The notes under the pieces were generated by a model that did no database searches, was not told the origin of the DNA, and saw only the letters and a list, made by a program, of their open reading frames with translations. DNA of 64,000 bases. Source: Candidatus Bathyarchaeota archaeon. GTDB lineage: Archaea > Thermoproteota > Bathyarchaeia > Bathyarchaeales > Bathycorpusculaceae. Positions 1-9,544 of this stretch are shown in pieces. Positions within the stretch are counted from its first letter, which is position 1, and each line of letters starts with the position of its first letter. Where the stretch lies: positions 1,216,001-1,280,000 of the forward strand of contig OY970340.1 of assembly GCA_963717465.1 (NCBI GenBank), given 5' to 3'. Made by a program: the position numbers and the translations under genes.

Positions 1-120
1 TATGGGTAATAGCATAGAAAAGTTCAATCATTCCCCTAATAGATTGCAATTTCGTAAGTTAAAAGAACTTATTTACTTAAGGATGCCAGATTCAGTAAAG
101 CTAAAATGGTGATTTCATTA

Positions 121-226
121 TGTGTCAGAAAAACTCTTTATTTTGCAAAAATGTCAACAGCAACTGCTAAAATGTCTTCTTTTGTGAGAAAAGCTTGAAA
201 ATCATTTATAATTTATCTTAAATATC
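121..226 (+). promoter_or_regulatory. Conserved ~105-bp upstream module, copy 1 (upstream of SCP2 gene)
   Basis: TGTG..TGCA-N4-TGTCAA..TTTTGTG..TATAATTTATCTTAAATATC; same blocks and spacing as six other copies; ends in a TATA-like box. Confidence 0.75.
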
Positions 227-311
227 AATCGTGCTGAATAAATTTTCCGTTAAAGAAGGAAATTAGGTTTAAGAGTGTTTGATGACCGGTTCGCTGGGGG
301 AGGTGAATAAC

Positions 312-698
312 ATGGTGAAATTTGGAACATTGGAATACTATCAGGTACACGCTGACGTTTTAAACAAGGATCCAGACTGGATAAAGGGAGCCTTTACCAG
401 TAATTTGCTTTATGTCTTTTCTGATGTGCTTGGTGCAGACGGGCAGCCGAAAGCTTTCCTTTTGAAATTTGATAAAGGGAAAGTTACAGCTAGTGAAGCT
501 AAAGCTTCTGATATTAGTTCCAAGGAAATCGAGTTCGCTCAAACCGCAAATTATGCTATGCATGTAGGTATTGCTAAAGGTGAAATTAGCGTGCAGAAAG
601 CTAAATTAAAGCTTAGCATGATAAAAATAATGAAGCACCAAAAGACTTTTATGCGAATACTTGAGACCGCGCAAACACTTAAAGATGTTGAATACTGA
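312..698 (+). CDS. SCP2 sterol-binding-domain-like protein
   Basis: GGAGGTGA SD before ATG 312; SCP2-like pattern (FLLKFDKGKV...IAKGEIS...KLKL); paralogs at 7771 and 46651. Confidence 0.7.
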   Translation: MVKFGTLEYYQVHADVLNKDPDWIKGAFTSNLLYVFSDVLGADGQPKAFLLKFDKGKVTASEAKASDISSKEIEFAQTANYAMHVGIAKGEISVQKAKLKLSMIKIMKHQKTFMRILETAQTLKDVEY

Positions 699-896
699 GA
701 TAAGAAGTCTTAAATTGATCCCCTTGACGGAACTTAGACGTTAACGATTGCGAACAGTCATCTCATCTTATAACATTTCTGTGCTCTTTTTGGAAATGTT
801 GCCCAAATAGAATAAGATTTGAAAGTAGCAAATCAAAAATTGCCTTTTCTTTTTGCTTTAAGGTCGATCAAGTAAGTCCAAAATTACATTTCAAAT

Positions 897-1002
897 TGTG
901 CTAAGAAAGACGTTTCTAGTGCAAAGATGTAAATCATTATAGAATCAATACTTCGTTTTGTTGCAAAAACTTGAGCAGACTCATAGTCTATGCTTAAATA
1001 TC
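897..1002 (+). promoter_or_regulatory. Conserved ~105-bp upstream module, copy 2 (upstream of hairpins A and B)
   Basis: TGTG..TGCAAAGATGTAAA..TTTTGTT..CTTAAATATC. Confidence 0.7.
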
Positions 1003-1111
1003 CACTAAAACGTGATAATTAAGAACAAAATAAATTCGATCAAAAAATTGAAATCATGACTTACCAGACATGAAGGTGCTCACGCTAGAAGTAACATTTT
1101 CACCTTTAGAT

Positions 1112-1150
1112 GGTGGCTATAGGGACGGACTCCCTCCTCCTATAGCCATC
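1112..1150 (+). ncRNA. Putative structured RNA hairpin A
   Basis: GGTGGCTATAGGG / TCCTATAGCCATC form a 13-bp stem with 2 G-U pairs; stem shared with hairpins B-D. Confidence 0.5.
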
Positions 1151-1214
1151 GGTAGTGGCTGTAAGGGAATCTCAAACCTCTGTTCCCTGCTCTCGTTCTC
1201 TTATAGCCACTACC
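1151..1214 (+). ncRNA. Putative structured RNA hairpin B
   Basis: GGTAGTGGCTGTAAGGGAA / TTCTCTTATAGCCACTACC form a 19-bp stem with 2 G-U pairs; 26-nt pyrimidine-rich loop. Confidence 0.55.
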
Positions 1215-1343
1215 AGCCGGGTTGTCTATTTTGTTTTATAAGAGAGTCTCTTTTTCTCAGAATTTGTAATTTAAAAACCTGTCACAGTTTATTTTTCTTT
1301 TGCTATTTAATTTTGAACGAAGCCTAAAAGTTGCTCTGTAAAT

Positions 1344-1448
1344 TGTGCCCAGAAGAGCATTTTTTTTGCAATAATGTCAATGATGATTAAATAAGTGCCT
1401 TGTTTTGTGTCGAAATACGAAAAGAGCTTGCAATTTACCTTAAATATC
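1344..1448 (+). promoter_or_regulatory. Conserved ~105-bp upstream module, copy 3 (upstream of hairpin C)
   Basis: TGTG..TGCAATAATGTCAA..TTTTGTG..TTGCAATTTACCTTAAATATC. Confidence 0.75.
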
Positions 1449-1504
1449 AATCATGCAACTCCTTTAACGCGCTGTGATTCATCAAGTCTCGCGCAATTCA
1501 CCTC

Positions 1505-1572
1505 GGTGGTAGCTATAGGAAGCTTCGTAAAATCAATCTCCTATTATCTATCTCCTTCCTGTAGCTACTACC
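1505..1572 (+). ncRNA. Putative structured RNA hairpin C
   Basis: GGTGGTAGCTATAGGAAG / CTTCCTGTAGCTACTACC form an 18-bp stem with 2 G-U pairs; compensatory G-C to A-U change relative to the other hairpins; 32-nt loop. Confidence 0.55.
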
Positions 1573-1844
1573 CGCTTGATTGCTAATTCTTTTTAGAATG
1601 AACTTTAATTTAGAATTTGCGGTTTAAAGACTTCCAACATGGCTTTTCTTTTTGCTTTTACAGCACATTAAGGAAAGCCAAAAGTGGTTGAACACTTTTT
1701 AAGTGAATGCTCGTTTTACAGCTAGAACCAGACTAACTTGGTTTATCTAAATATCCAGTTAGGGAGAAGAAATATAGAACCTGAAAAATCAGCTTATGCT
1801 AACTTTATTACACTCTTGAACAAAGCCAAAAACCATTTTAATTT

Positions 1845-1949
1845 TGTGCTAAGAAAGATGTTTTATATGCAAAAACGTCAATCGTTACAAAATAAATACT
1901 TTGTTTTGTGGCTAATGTGAAAAGAACCTTGCAATTTAACTTAAATATT
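1845..1949 (+). promoter_or_regulatory. Conserved ~105-bp upstream module, copy 4 (upstream of hairpin D and SDR gene)
   Basis: TGTG..TGCAAAAACGTCAA..TTTTGTG..TTGCAATTTAACTTAAATATT. Confidence 0.75.
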
Positions 1950-1989
1950 GTAGCAAGACCCTCTAACGTGCGGCCGCTATTAACCTTTA

Positions 1990-2035
1990 GGTGGTGGCTA
2001 TAGGATAGCCAAAGTCCCAACCTGTAGCCACCATC
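1990..2035 (+). ncRNA. Putative structured RNA hairpin D (5' leader of SDR gene)
   Basis: GGTGGTGGCTATAGG / CCTGTAGCCACCATC form a 15-bp stem with 2 G-U pairs; 16-nt loop. Confidence 0.5.
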
Positions 2036-2066
2036 GCAAAAAGTGGAAAAAGAAGGCTTAAAAGTA

Positions 2067-2833
2067 ATGAAGAAATTAGAACAGAAAGTATCCATTATAA
2101 CAGGCGCTGGTTCCGGAATGGGGAAGGCAATCGCGTTATTGTTTGCTTTGGAAGGAAGTAGAATTGTAGCAACTGATATTGATCAGAATAGGCTAAATGA
2201 TCTTAAAGCTGAAATTAACCAGATAGGGGGAGAAGTAACCACTCTTCTTTCTAATATTGCGAAAAAAGAGGACGTGGAAAATATGATACAAGTGTCAACT
2301 GCGACTTACGGGACACTAGATATTTTGGTAAATAATGCTGGTGTTATGGATAGTTTTGGTGCTGTGCATGAAGTTGATGATGCTACATTGGAAAGGTTAA
2401 TGAAAATTAACTTTGAAGGTCCGTTTAGGGCGATGCGTGCAGCTATAAAAGATGTGTTTTTGCCAAAAAAATCTGGCGTTATTGTTAATATCTGCTCAAA
2501 AGCTGGTATTTGCGGGGGGCAGGCGGCGCGGCTTATACTGCAAGTAAATGGGCTCTAGTAGGATTAACGAAAAATACAGGTTTTCTATACTCTAATTCAG
2601 GTGTACGGTGTAATGGAATAGCTCCGGGCAGCGTTGTAACAAATATTCAACAATCAATAGATCCAGATAAAATGGGCATGTTTGCTGACGCGATGAACGC
2701 TGGATTAGTTATAAACCCAAGAGGAGGCGATCCTGAGGAAATAGCAAGAGTTGCCTTATTCTTAGCAAGTGATGATTCTTCATTTATAAATGGCGTAGTT
2801 ATTCCAGTTGACAGTGGCTGGAGCGCATACTAA
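2067..2833 (+). CDS. Short-chain dehydrogenase/reductase (SDR); frameshift in G run at ~2515
   Basis: TGAGSGMG, NNAG, YTASK motifs; ORFs 2043-2558 and 2510-2833 join if the G6 run is G7. Confidence 0.9.
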
Positions 2834-2920
2834 AATAATTCTTTATGCATGCGGAAGCTAACTCTTTTATTATTTTTAAATTGTGCTTCTTATTATCGGC
2901 TACGAAGTAACCAGAATGTA

Positions 2921-3025
2921 TGTGCTTATGAAGCTATTTTTCTTGCAAGACTGTGAATGAAAACTGCTGAGATACTTTAATTTGTGTCAGAAAACTAAGT
3001 GCGTTTTATAATTTAACATAAATAA
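2921..3025 (+). promoter_or_regulatory. Conserved ~105-bp upstream module, copy 5 (upstream of corrinoid protein)
   Basis: TGTG..TGCAAGACTGTGAA..TTTGTG..TTATAATTTAACATAAATAA. Confidence 0.7.
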
Positions 3026-3060
3026 TACTCTTCCTGAATAAAATTCGTCATTAAGATAAA

Positions 3061-3726
3061 TTGCATGATACTATGGGGAATTGGAAAACCTTGGAAATAG
3101 ATGATCTTAGAAAAGTAACAGCAGAAGTAAAAATGGAAGAAATGGAGAAATTAACCGACGAACTCATCAAGCAAGGCGTTGACCCCGTTAAAATACTGGA
3201 AGATGGCATAGTAAGAGGCCTCTACGATTTAGGAGAGAAATTTGAAAAACGAAAAGCATTCATCCCAGACTTAGTAAGAGGTGAAAAAGCAGCCAGAAAA
3301 TGCATTGAAAAACTCACAAAACTTCTTCCAACGGCGCAGTCTGGCAAAATTTCTAAAAAAATCGTTATTGGAACAATGCTTAGCCAACATAACATTGGCA
3401 AAAACCTTGTAAGCACCTTCCTATCAATCAACGGTTTTGATGTCATTGATATTGGCGAGAAGAAGGAGCCGTGGGATTTCTATGAAAAAGCCGAGCAAGT
3501 TCACGCAGACATGATTGCGGTCTCATGCATCTTTTTGCCATCCCTGACTAAGTTCCCAGAGTTGATCGACGTATTGAAGCAAATGAAAGTACGCGACAAA
3601 TACAAGGTCATTGTAGGCGGGACTTTAACCTCAAAGAAATGGGCTGAAGAAAACGGTGCCGACGGCTGGGGCTTTAACGCAAACGAAGGTGTACAAGTAG
3701 CAAAGAAACTTCTCGGCGTAGCCTAA
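3061..3726 (+). CDS. Corrinoid (B12-binding) protein, MtaC/MtmC-like; start uncertain
   Basis: N-terminal cap (GEKFEKRKAFIPDL), GTMLSQHNIGKNLV, VIDIG, KVIVGG, GADGWG. Confidence 0.9.
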   Translation: MHDTMGNWKTLEIDDLRKVTAEVKMEEMEKLTDELIKQGVDPVKILEDGIVRGLYDLGEKFEKRKAFIPDLVRGEKAARKCIEKLTKLLPTAQSGKISKKIVIGTMLSQHNIGKNLVSTFLSINGFDVIDIGEKKEPWDFYEKAEQVHADMIAVSCIFLPSLTKFPELIDVLKQMKVRDKYKVIVGGTLTSKKWAEENGADGWGFNANEGVQVAKKLLGVA

Positions 3727-3775
3727 TAAACCAATGAGTATCTGAATAAAGCTTGTGAAAAAAAAGGTTATTTGA

Positions 3776-3889
3776 ATGTCATCAAACACAAAAGAAACAT
3801 CAACAAGTGAAATAAAAGAAAGCAAAGAAGCTGAAGAACTCAGGAAAAAATATTTAAAGAAAATTCGCAAAATGCCCGGAATTTGCTAA
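3776..3889 (+). CDS. Possible 37-aa charged small protein
   Basis: Hand translation MSSNTKETSTSEIKESKEAEELRKKYLKKIRKMPGIC, 49 nt after the corrinoid gene, AAAGG upstream; not in the ORF track. Confidence 0.3.
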   Translation: MSSNTKETSTSEIKESKEAEELRKKYLKKIRKMPGIC

Positions 3890-4319
3890 TTCTCACTAAC
3901 AATCGAACAATTGCTTTTATTTGCTGCCTGTTTGCATTATCACGCGTGCAAACTGCTAGTCTGTATCGTAGCGTTGTCTAAACGCCGTTAGCCTAGTTGC
4001 CAAGAATAGAAACGTAAGTCCAAGCATACTTATTTCAACATGCAAATCTCAATAAAGCGATGGCTAATTAGGTCACATTTGTCTTAGGGGGAAGTGCTAA
4101 TTCTTTTTGCATAGCCACAACTGAGGACTTGCTTATTTACTCTTGAAACAAGAGATCTTTGATCCTGCCATTCAATTGAAAAGGGAATACTGAACTGCGT
4201 AACCTTTTGTAGCGGCTGTAAAGTCGGCTGATTCAGCAAAGCTGAACGAAACAGGATTATTCAGTTAAAAAGCATAAAGAATTTGCGGGTTCATTCTTGC
4301 TAAAAGTTCAAAATAAAAT

Positions 4320-4424
4320 TGTGTCTAAAAAATTGTGTTTCATGCAAATATGTGAATGACGATTGCCTAATTGCTTTATTTTGTGATGAAAGCCGAGAAT
4401 GGCTTATAATCTAACTTAATTATC
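4320..4424 (+). promoter_or_regulatory. Conserved ~105-bp upstream module, copy 6 (upstream of FAD oxidoreductase/MtmB-like operon)
   Basis: TGTG..TGCAAATATGTGAA..TTTTGTG..TTATAATCTAACTTAATTATC. Confidence 0.7.
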
Positions 4425-4457
4425 ATCCAAATCGCATAACTTGAGCCAGTGATAGAA

Positions 4458-6173
4458 ATGGTCGATAAAAATAATCCTAAGAAATGGGATATTGAAACTG
4501 ACGTTGTGGTGGTAGGGTCCGGGGCTGCCGGTTTATGTGCAGCTAACGTAGCAGCTACTGAAGGAGCGAAGGTTGTTGTGCTGGAAAAGACTGATCAGAT
4601 CGGTGGAGCAACAGCGTTGTCAGGAGGCGGATTGTGGGTGCCTAACAATAAATTTCTCAGAATGGGCTTCAAAGTTGAAGTTTATGATCCGGTTAAAAAG
4701 ACTTGGAGCTTTAAGCGTATCGATGGTGATGTAGGCAGAGAGATGGCTATAAGGTACTCAAAAAAGTGTTCAATGGGATATACAACTGATGAACTCATTG
4801 AAACTTACGTTGATAACGCATGGAAGATGACTGACTATCTTGAAGATCATACACGCGTAAGATGGGGTCATACGCGGTTTATGCCTGAATATTACCCAGA
4901 ATGGGATGGAGCGATAAAAGCAGGCAGAACCATAGAATCACTACTTGTTGATTGTAAACAGATGCCAATGGAACTTGTTGAAAAGCTTCGAATATCGCCA
5001 CAAGGCTTCCCAATGCTGATTGATGAAAATGACAAGTGGGGTGGACTTAACGCGATAGCCACTCCTGGCGCATGGGATATGGAAGCCTTACTTGAAAGGG
5101 GAAATAATCGATTAATTGCACTGGGACTTGGCTTGGTTGGATCGTTGGCTTGGTCGTGTAGAGATAAGGGAATCGACATTATGCTTGAGACTCCTGCAAA
5201 ACACTTAGCGGTTGAGAAAGGTCGAGTTGTTGGTGTAATCGCAGAGAAGAAAGGAAAAGAATTGGCAGTTCACGCTAAGAAAGGCGTAATCTTGTGCGCT
5301 GGAGGCTTCGAATGGAACCCGATAATGACCAAGAGCTTTACAAGAGGTCCGCTGTTTGGACCTATGTCTGGACCCGGTAATGCTGGCGATGGGCAACGTA
5401 TGGGAATGGAGATTGGAGCACAAATGTCGCAGATGCAGGATGCATGGTGGTTCCCAACAACTTACGTCGATGGAGATTCATATGAGGGTCATCCGTCTTA
5501 CAGAATGATTATGTATGATAAGTCTACTCCCGGAACAATATGGGTTAACAAGTATGGGAAGCGGTTCGTTGATGAAGCCATTAACTATAGAAGTGTTATG
5601 AGAGCATTATCCAATTACGATGCCCTCAAACATGACTGGTCAAATTATCCAGCATACATGATCGTTGATGAAGCCTGCCGCAAAAACTATATGGTTGCAC
5701 AATTTCCGCCAGGCGAAGAACTGAGATCACCTCCTTTTACAAAAGGCAATACACTAAGGGAGTTGGCTGAAAAGGTAGGCATAGACCCTAATGGATTGGA
5801 GGAAACAGTGAAGAACTTTAACAAGTTTGCTAAGGAAGGTAAGGATCCAGAGTTTCATCGAGGTGAAAGCTATTATGACTGGTTCTACGGAGACAAAAAC
5901 TTTAAGGGTCCAAGTCCATGCCTTGCACCTCTTGAGACACCGCCGTTCTATGCTATCGCGGTTCTTCCAGGGGTTCTTGGTACTGCGGGAGGCGTTGCGA
6001 TAAACACGAAGGCTCAGGTGCTTGATTACGACAACAAGATAATACCCGGTCTATATGCGGCTGGAAATAACACTGGATGCATTTTAGGCTGGGGTTATCC
6101 AGGTGGTGGATCTACAGTAGGGCCTGCTCTTACTATGGGATATATTGCTGCAAAAGAAATAGTTAAGGAGTAA
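4458..6173 (+). CDS. FAD-dependent oxidoreductase, 3-ketosteroid-delta1-dehydrogenase (KstD)-like family
   Basis: DVVVVGSGAAG, GGATALSGGGLWVP, CAGGFEWN, GKDPEFHRG, GLYAAGN, YPGGGSTVGP. Confidence 0.85.
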   Translation: MVDKNNPKKWDIETDVVVVGSGAAGLCAANVAATEGAKVVVLEKTDQIGGATALSGGGLWVPNNKFLRMGFKVEVYDPVKKTWSFKRIDGDVGREMAIRYSKKCSMGYTTDELIETYVDNAWKMTDYLEDHTRVRWGHTRFMPEYYPEWDGAIKAGRTIESLLVDCKQMPMELVEKLRISPQGFPMLIDENDKWGGLNAIATPGAWDMEALLERGNNRLIALGLGLVGSLAWSCRDKGIDIMLETPAKHLAVEKGRVVGVIAEKKGKELAVHAKKGVILCAGGFEWNPIMTKSFTRGPLFGPMSGPGNAGDGQRMGMEIGAQMSQMQDAWWFPTTYVDGDSYEGHPSYRMIMYDKSTPGTIWVNKYGKRFVDEAINYRSVMRALSNYDALKHDWSNYPAYMIVDEACRKNYMVAQFPPGEELRSPPFTKGNTLRELAEKVGIDPNGLEETVKNFNKFAKEGKDPEFHRGESYYDWFYGDKNFKGPSPCLAPLETPPFYAIAVLPGVLGTAGGVAINTKAQVLDYDNKIIPGLYAAGNNTGCILGWGYPGGGSTVGPALTMGYIAAKEIVKE

Positions 6174-6193
6174 AAAAGGAAAGGTGAAAAAAT

Positions 6194-7559
6194 ATGGGAT
6201 ATCTATTGTGGGAAGTCTTGGAAAGAACTAGAACTGGTCCAATCATGAAAGAAGACGAATTTGAGGTCACATATTTTCCGACGATACTAAAGAAGGTCAT
6301 CCAAGATTACAAGATCAAATGGGATGGCGAGCCAGTAATGGCAGATGCACAGATGGCTGATGCTATTTTTGAAGCTGGTATACAAGTGCTAGTTCAGTGC
6401 GGATTATACTGCAAAGATACTAAACACATAGTTAAATTCAATGAAAATGAACTGAGAGAAGTTGTCAAAACACGAAAGCATGAGGTTGAGTGGGGAACCG
6501 GCAGAGACGTGCTAAAGATGGGTATTAGAGGTCCTGAGGATAAGCAGCATCCATACTGCCTAAATGCGGGCGGAACAATGGGAAGCAACATACAAGAGTG
6601 GAGGGACGCTGTTTATCTCGCTGCTCGTGAACCGACGACAGATGGAATGATGACGGGAATACTTGAGGCGTCTTTTGGTCAGAAGTCAACGTATGCTACG
6701 CCTACTGAGTCGCTTGCTGTTCATGCTGAATGTGAGTTGATGACTGCTGGGGCGCGCGCTGCGGGAAGGCCTGGTATGTTGCTTGGTTTTCCTGAGACTG
6801 GTACGAGTATGGTTGCGTTGATGCAGGCTTTTGATCCTGGTTACTATACGCCTAAGGAACTGTATGATGCCAGTGCATATACTGCAGGACATGAGGGTAG
6901 TCGTTGATAGGCTTAATCTTGCTTACTTTGCTATGCAGCATGGGATTGTTCCGTGGCAGAGTTGTAGTCCTACGCTGTACGCTTATATCAGTAGTCCTGA
7001 GGAAGCGGCTGTTGAGGGAATGGCTCATTCGCTGGGTCAGATGGCTTATGCAGACGGGTCATTCACCCAGGCAATGAACAACACAATTGATAACCTATAT
7101 GTAGGTACAGATTGTTTTTGGACTAATTCAGCGATGGCTTTGGCTGCAGAAAGAAACATAAAGGTTCCTTGGATTTCCACCGGATTAGGATTAATGCAAC
7201 CTATGACTGACGCTGATTGGTATGCAACAGCATGTAGCTGCATTAATGCTTGTATATCTGGCATGGAAGGAATGTGGATGGTCGATGGTGGTTGCCCCGT
7301 TATCGGTGTAAGATTTGGAAGTGAATTCACACGAGCAGCTGCTGGAATAAAAGTAAGCGAAGGGACCAAGATAATAAAAGAGCTCACCAAGAAATTTGCA
7401 CCGGCTATAAAGGTATTTGACATTAGTCAAATAATGCGCAGTCTTTACTTGGACTATGACCCGGAAACTTTGAAACCTAGAAAGGAAACTGTGGATATGT
7501 ACAATAGGATGACGAAAGAGTTTAAAGACATGGGTTTTGACTACCCAACATGGGGTTAA
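6194..7559 (+). CDS. Monomethylamine methyltransferase MtmB-family protein, pyrrolysine-free; 1-nt frameshift at ~6855
   Basis: RTRTGPIMKEDEF, ADAIFEAG, AAGRPGMLLGFPET; two ORFs join at CCTAAGGAAC. Confidence 0.8.
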
Positions 7560-7770
7560 TGAAGCCCCCATTTTTTTTGATCTAATTAATTTAAAATTAA
7601 AAAATTCTCTAATTCATTTAAAGCAGACATTATTTTCAAACACTAAGAGGGGAGCGTGCACGCGCGAGCAAGCACACATATTGATTCAGAGAAGATGGAT
7701 AACTAAGTGTGAATAGCTCACGCGGTAAGGAGGCACTTTAACCGTAGCCTTGATCTTGCTGTTTCAATAA

Positions 7771-8169
7771 CTAATATTCCACATCTGGAAGATTCTTTGC
7801 AAGCTCAGCCATTCGTGTTATAGTTTTAATGTTCTTCATCATCTTTGAGAATGGTCCTTCAATCTTGTATTTCCCAGTAACTGTTGCCTTCTGAGCATTA
7901 ATCGTTCCTTGCACAACTCCAGCCCATGTTACATAATCACCTAGGAATTTAAAGTCAACTGGATCATTCAGGTTTCCCTCTTTAACAGTAACATTCCCAT
8001 TGTCCCACGTAGCAATAAAAGTCAACGGAGTACCAAAATCAGTAATTTTGTCAGTAAAGACATACGCCCACTTCTCTGTAAGACTTCCCGCTTTCATGAT
8101 CGGATCATTACTCATCGTTTTCGCCCACAAGTCATAATATGCTTGTGTACCATACTTTACTTTCGCCAT
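7771..8169 (-). CDS. SCP2 sterol-binding-domain protein
   Basis: GAGGAGGTGA SD; DFKFLGDYVTWAGVVQGTINAQKATVTGKYKIEG. Confidence 0.8.
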   Translation of the reverse strand: MAKVKYGTQAYYDLWAKTMSNDPIMKAGSLTEKWAYVFTDKITDFGTPLTFIATWDNGNVTVKEGNLNDPVDFKFLGDYVTWAGVVQGTINAQKATVTGKYKIEGPFSKMMKNIKTITRMAELAKNLPDVEY

Positions 8170-8236
8170 CTTCTTGTCACCTCCTCATACTTTCCGTGTG
8201 CAGGTTTGTGAAGTTGAAAAACTATACTGTCTGATG

Positions 8237-8341
8237 AATATTTATGGTTGAATTATAGCAAGCTAATACTTCTAACACAAAATAAAGATATTTTGAGTTA
8301 CCTATTTACAAAATTGCATGAATAAAAGGTTTTTAAGCACA
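8237..8341 (-). promoter_or_regulatory. Conserved ~105-bp upstream module, copy 7 (inverted, upstream of SCP2 gene)
   Basis: Reverse complement reads TGTG..TGCAATTTTGTAAA..TTTTGTG..TATAATTCAACCATAAATATT. Confidence 0.7.
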
Positions 8342-8750
8342 ATTTGAATTGCACCTTTTTTTTGCTTTCAATCATAAAATTGTTAGCGAAAGGCGATGAC
8401 CGTGATAAAAATCACCAGTGTGCTCCAGAGCGTGTTCTGGGGTTAACTCAAAACCTCCATATCTTTTAAACTATTTTTTAATTTTTTACTTAACTAAAAA
8501 ATTGCCTTGCCATTATCCACAAAAAGAAACTTGGGCATTATCATCATTTTCTTTGCTGCTAATCGTTAATTTTTCTCACCTAGCATGAAATGGAAAGAAT
8601 TAAAATAAATTGGCAATCATCATACATAAAGACCGAAATTTGCATGCGCACTAACGCTTTTATTGCTTGGGTATTTTGAGCCAGCAAACTTGAGAATAAC
8701 GTTTCCAAGTATGGACGATGTGCAAAAATTGTTAAGAACACAAGGCTGGG

Positions 8751-8878
8751 CTAGATTTGCCGTGTCTTAATTAGCAAAAAGAGCTTAAAGGGTGACTATT
8801 CTGCGAAAGTTGGTGCTTCGGCCTAGTTCTATACTCGGGTTCTGACTCGGAAAACACGCTTGATAGATTTTTGTTAAT
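8751..8878 (-). repeat. att-like repeat containing a degenerate tRNA-Glu 3' half, copy A
   Basis: Aligns with 12066-12197 (GGCCTAG.TCTATACTCGGGTT.T.ACTCGGAAAACACG) and with 19891-19943. Confidence 0.75.
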
Positions 8879-8900
8879 ATCAATGAAATCGAATTCTGAT

Positions 8901-8968
8901 AGTGCGGAGGGTAAGGCTTTGAACCCTCATCACGGTGGGGATGTCACTCGCCCTTCACCATCTTTTTT
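8901..8968. repeat. ~60-bp dispersed repeat (tRNA T-arm-like + GGAGATRTCACCCGCA box + T tract), copy 1
   Basis: TTTGAACCC..GGGGATGTCACTCGC..TCTTTTTT. Confidence 0.55.
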
Positions 8969-9117
8969 GCAGTACTTTTAGTTTGTTTTCTACGCGTTAA
9001 AGTTGCTTGCTTTTGTGTTGCTCCATAGTTATAATCTTTAGAGTCTAACCTTTTTATTTGCAATGTGTAAAAAATTAGGGATTTATATTTTAAGAACTTT
9101 GTATCATTGGGTTAAAA

Positions 9118-9327
9118 GTGGTTGATATGTCTGCCAATCCATTAGCTTCTGACGAAGTACGAAGAAAAAAGAGAGTAGTTGGTGTAATTGCAATAGTTCT
9201 TTTGCTGTTTTTCACCGTTTTGGATATATTACGATTCATTTCGGTAATAGTGTGGATTATAGCAGATTTGGCTGTGGCGTTAATAGCGAATTTTCTGATT
9301 AGAAGAATTGGAAGAGTAAGCCTCTAA
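9118..9327 (+). CDS. Small two-TM membrane protein
   Basis: Basic stretch followed by two hydrophobic segments. Confidence 0.65.
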   Translation: MVDMSANPLASDEVRRKKRVVGVIAIVLLLFFTVLDILRFISVIVWIIADLAVALIANFLIRRIGRVSL

Positions 9328-9544
9328 ATACTAATGTTTTGTCTGATGCCTTAAACGCTTGTTACCGCTGGCTAGACTTCATCTGGCTGTTGACGTTAGA
9401 AGTGATTTTGATAGCTGTTGAGGACGGTTTTGATCACGTCTGCGACTTCCAAGATGGTAACCTATTCAGAAAAAGAAAGTAACATGCTGGCGTATGGCAA
9501 CTGCGGGAAACAAGTTTTGCCACCCCTCGGCAATTTACTTATAA

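Noticed and set aside
1112..2035. Hairpin set as a CRISPR array
   Set aside because: These are inverted repeats enclosing variable loops, hundreds of bp apart, not direct repeats with regular spacers; no cas genes in the window.
1070..2095. ORFs 1070-1327, 1395-1586, 1738-1920, 1838-2095 and tiny minus-strand ORFs after AGGTGA
   Set aside because: They run across promoter modules and hairpins, show no recognisable motifs, and are not kept in frame between repeat units.
6194..7559. Pyrrolysine read-through explaining the split MtmB
   Set aside because: The split is a 1-nt frameshift, and the Pyl-equivalent position is a sense codon.
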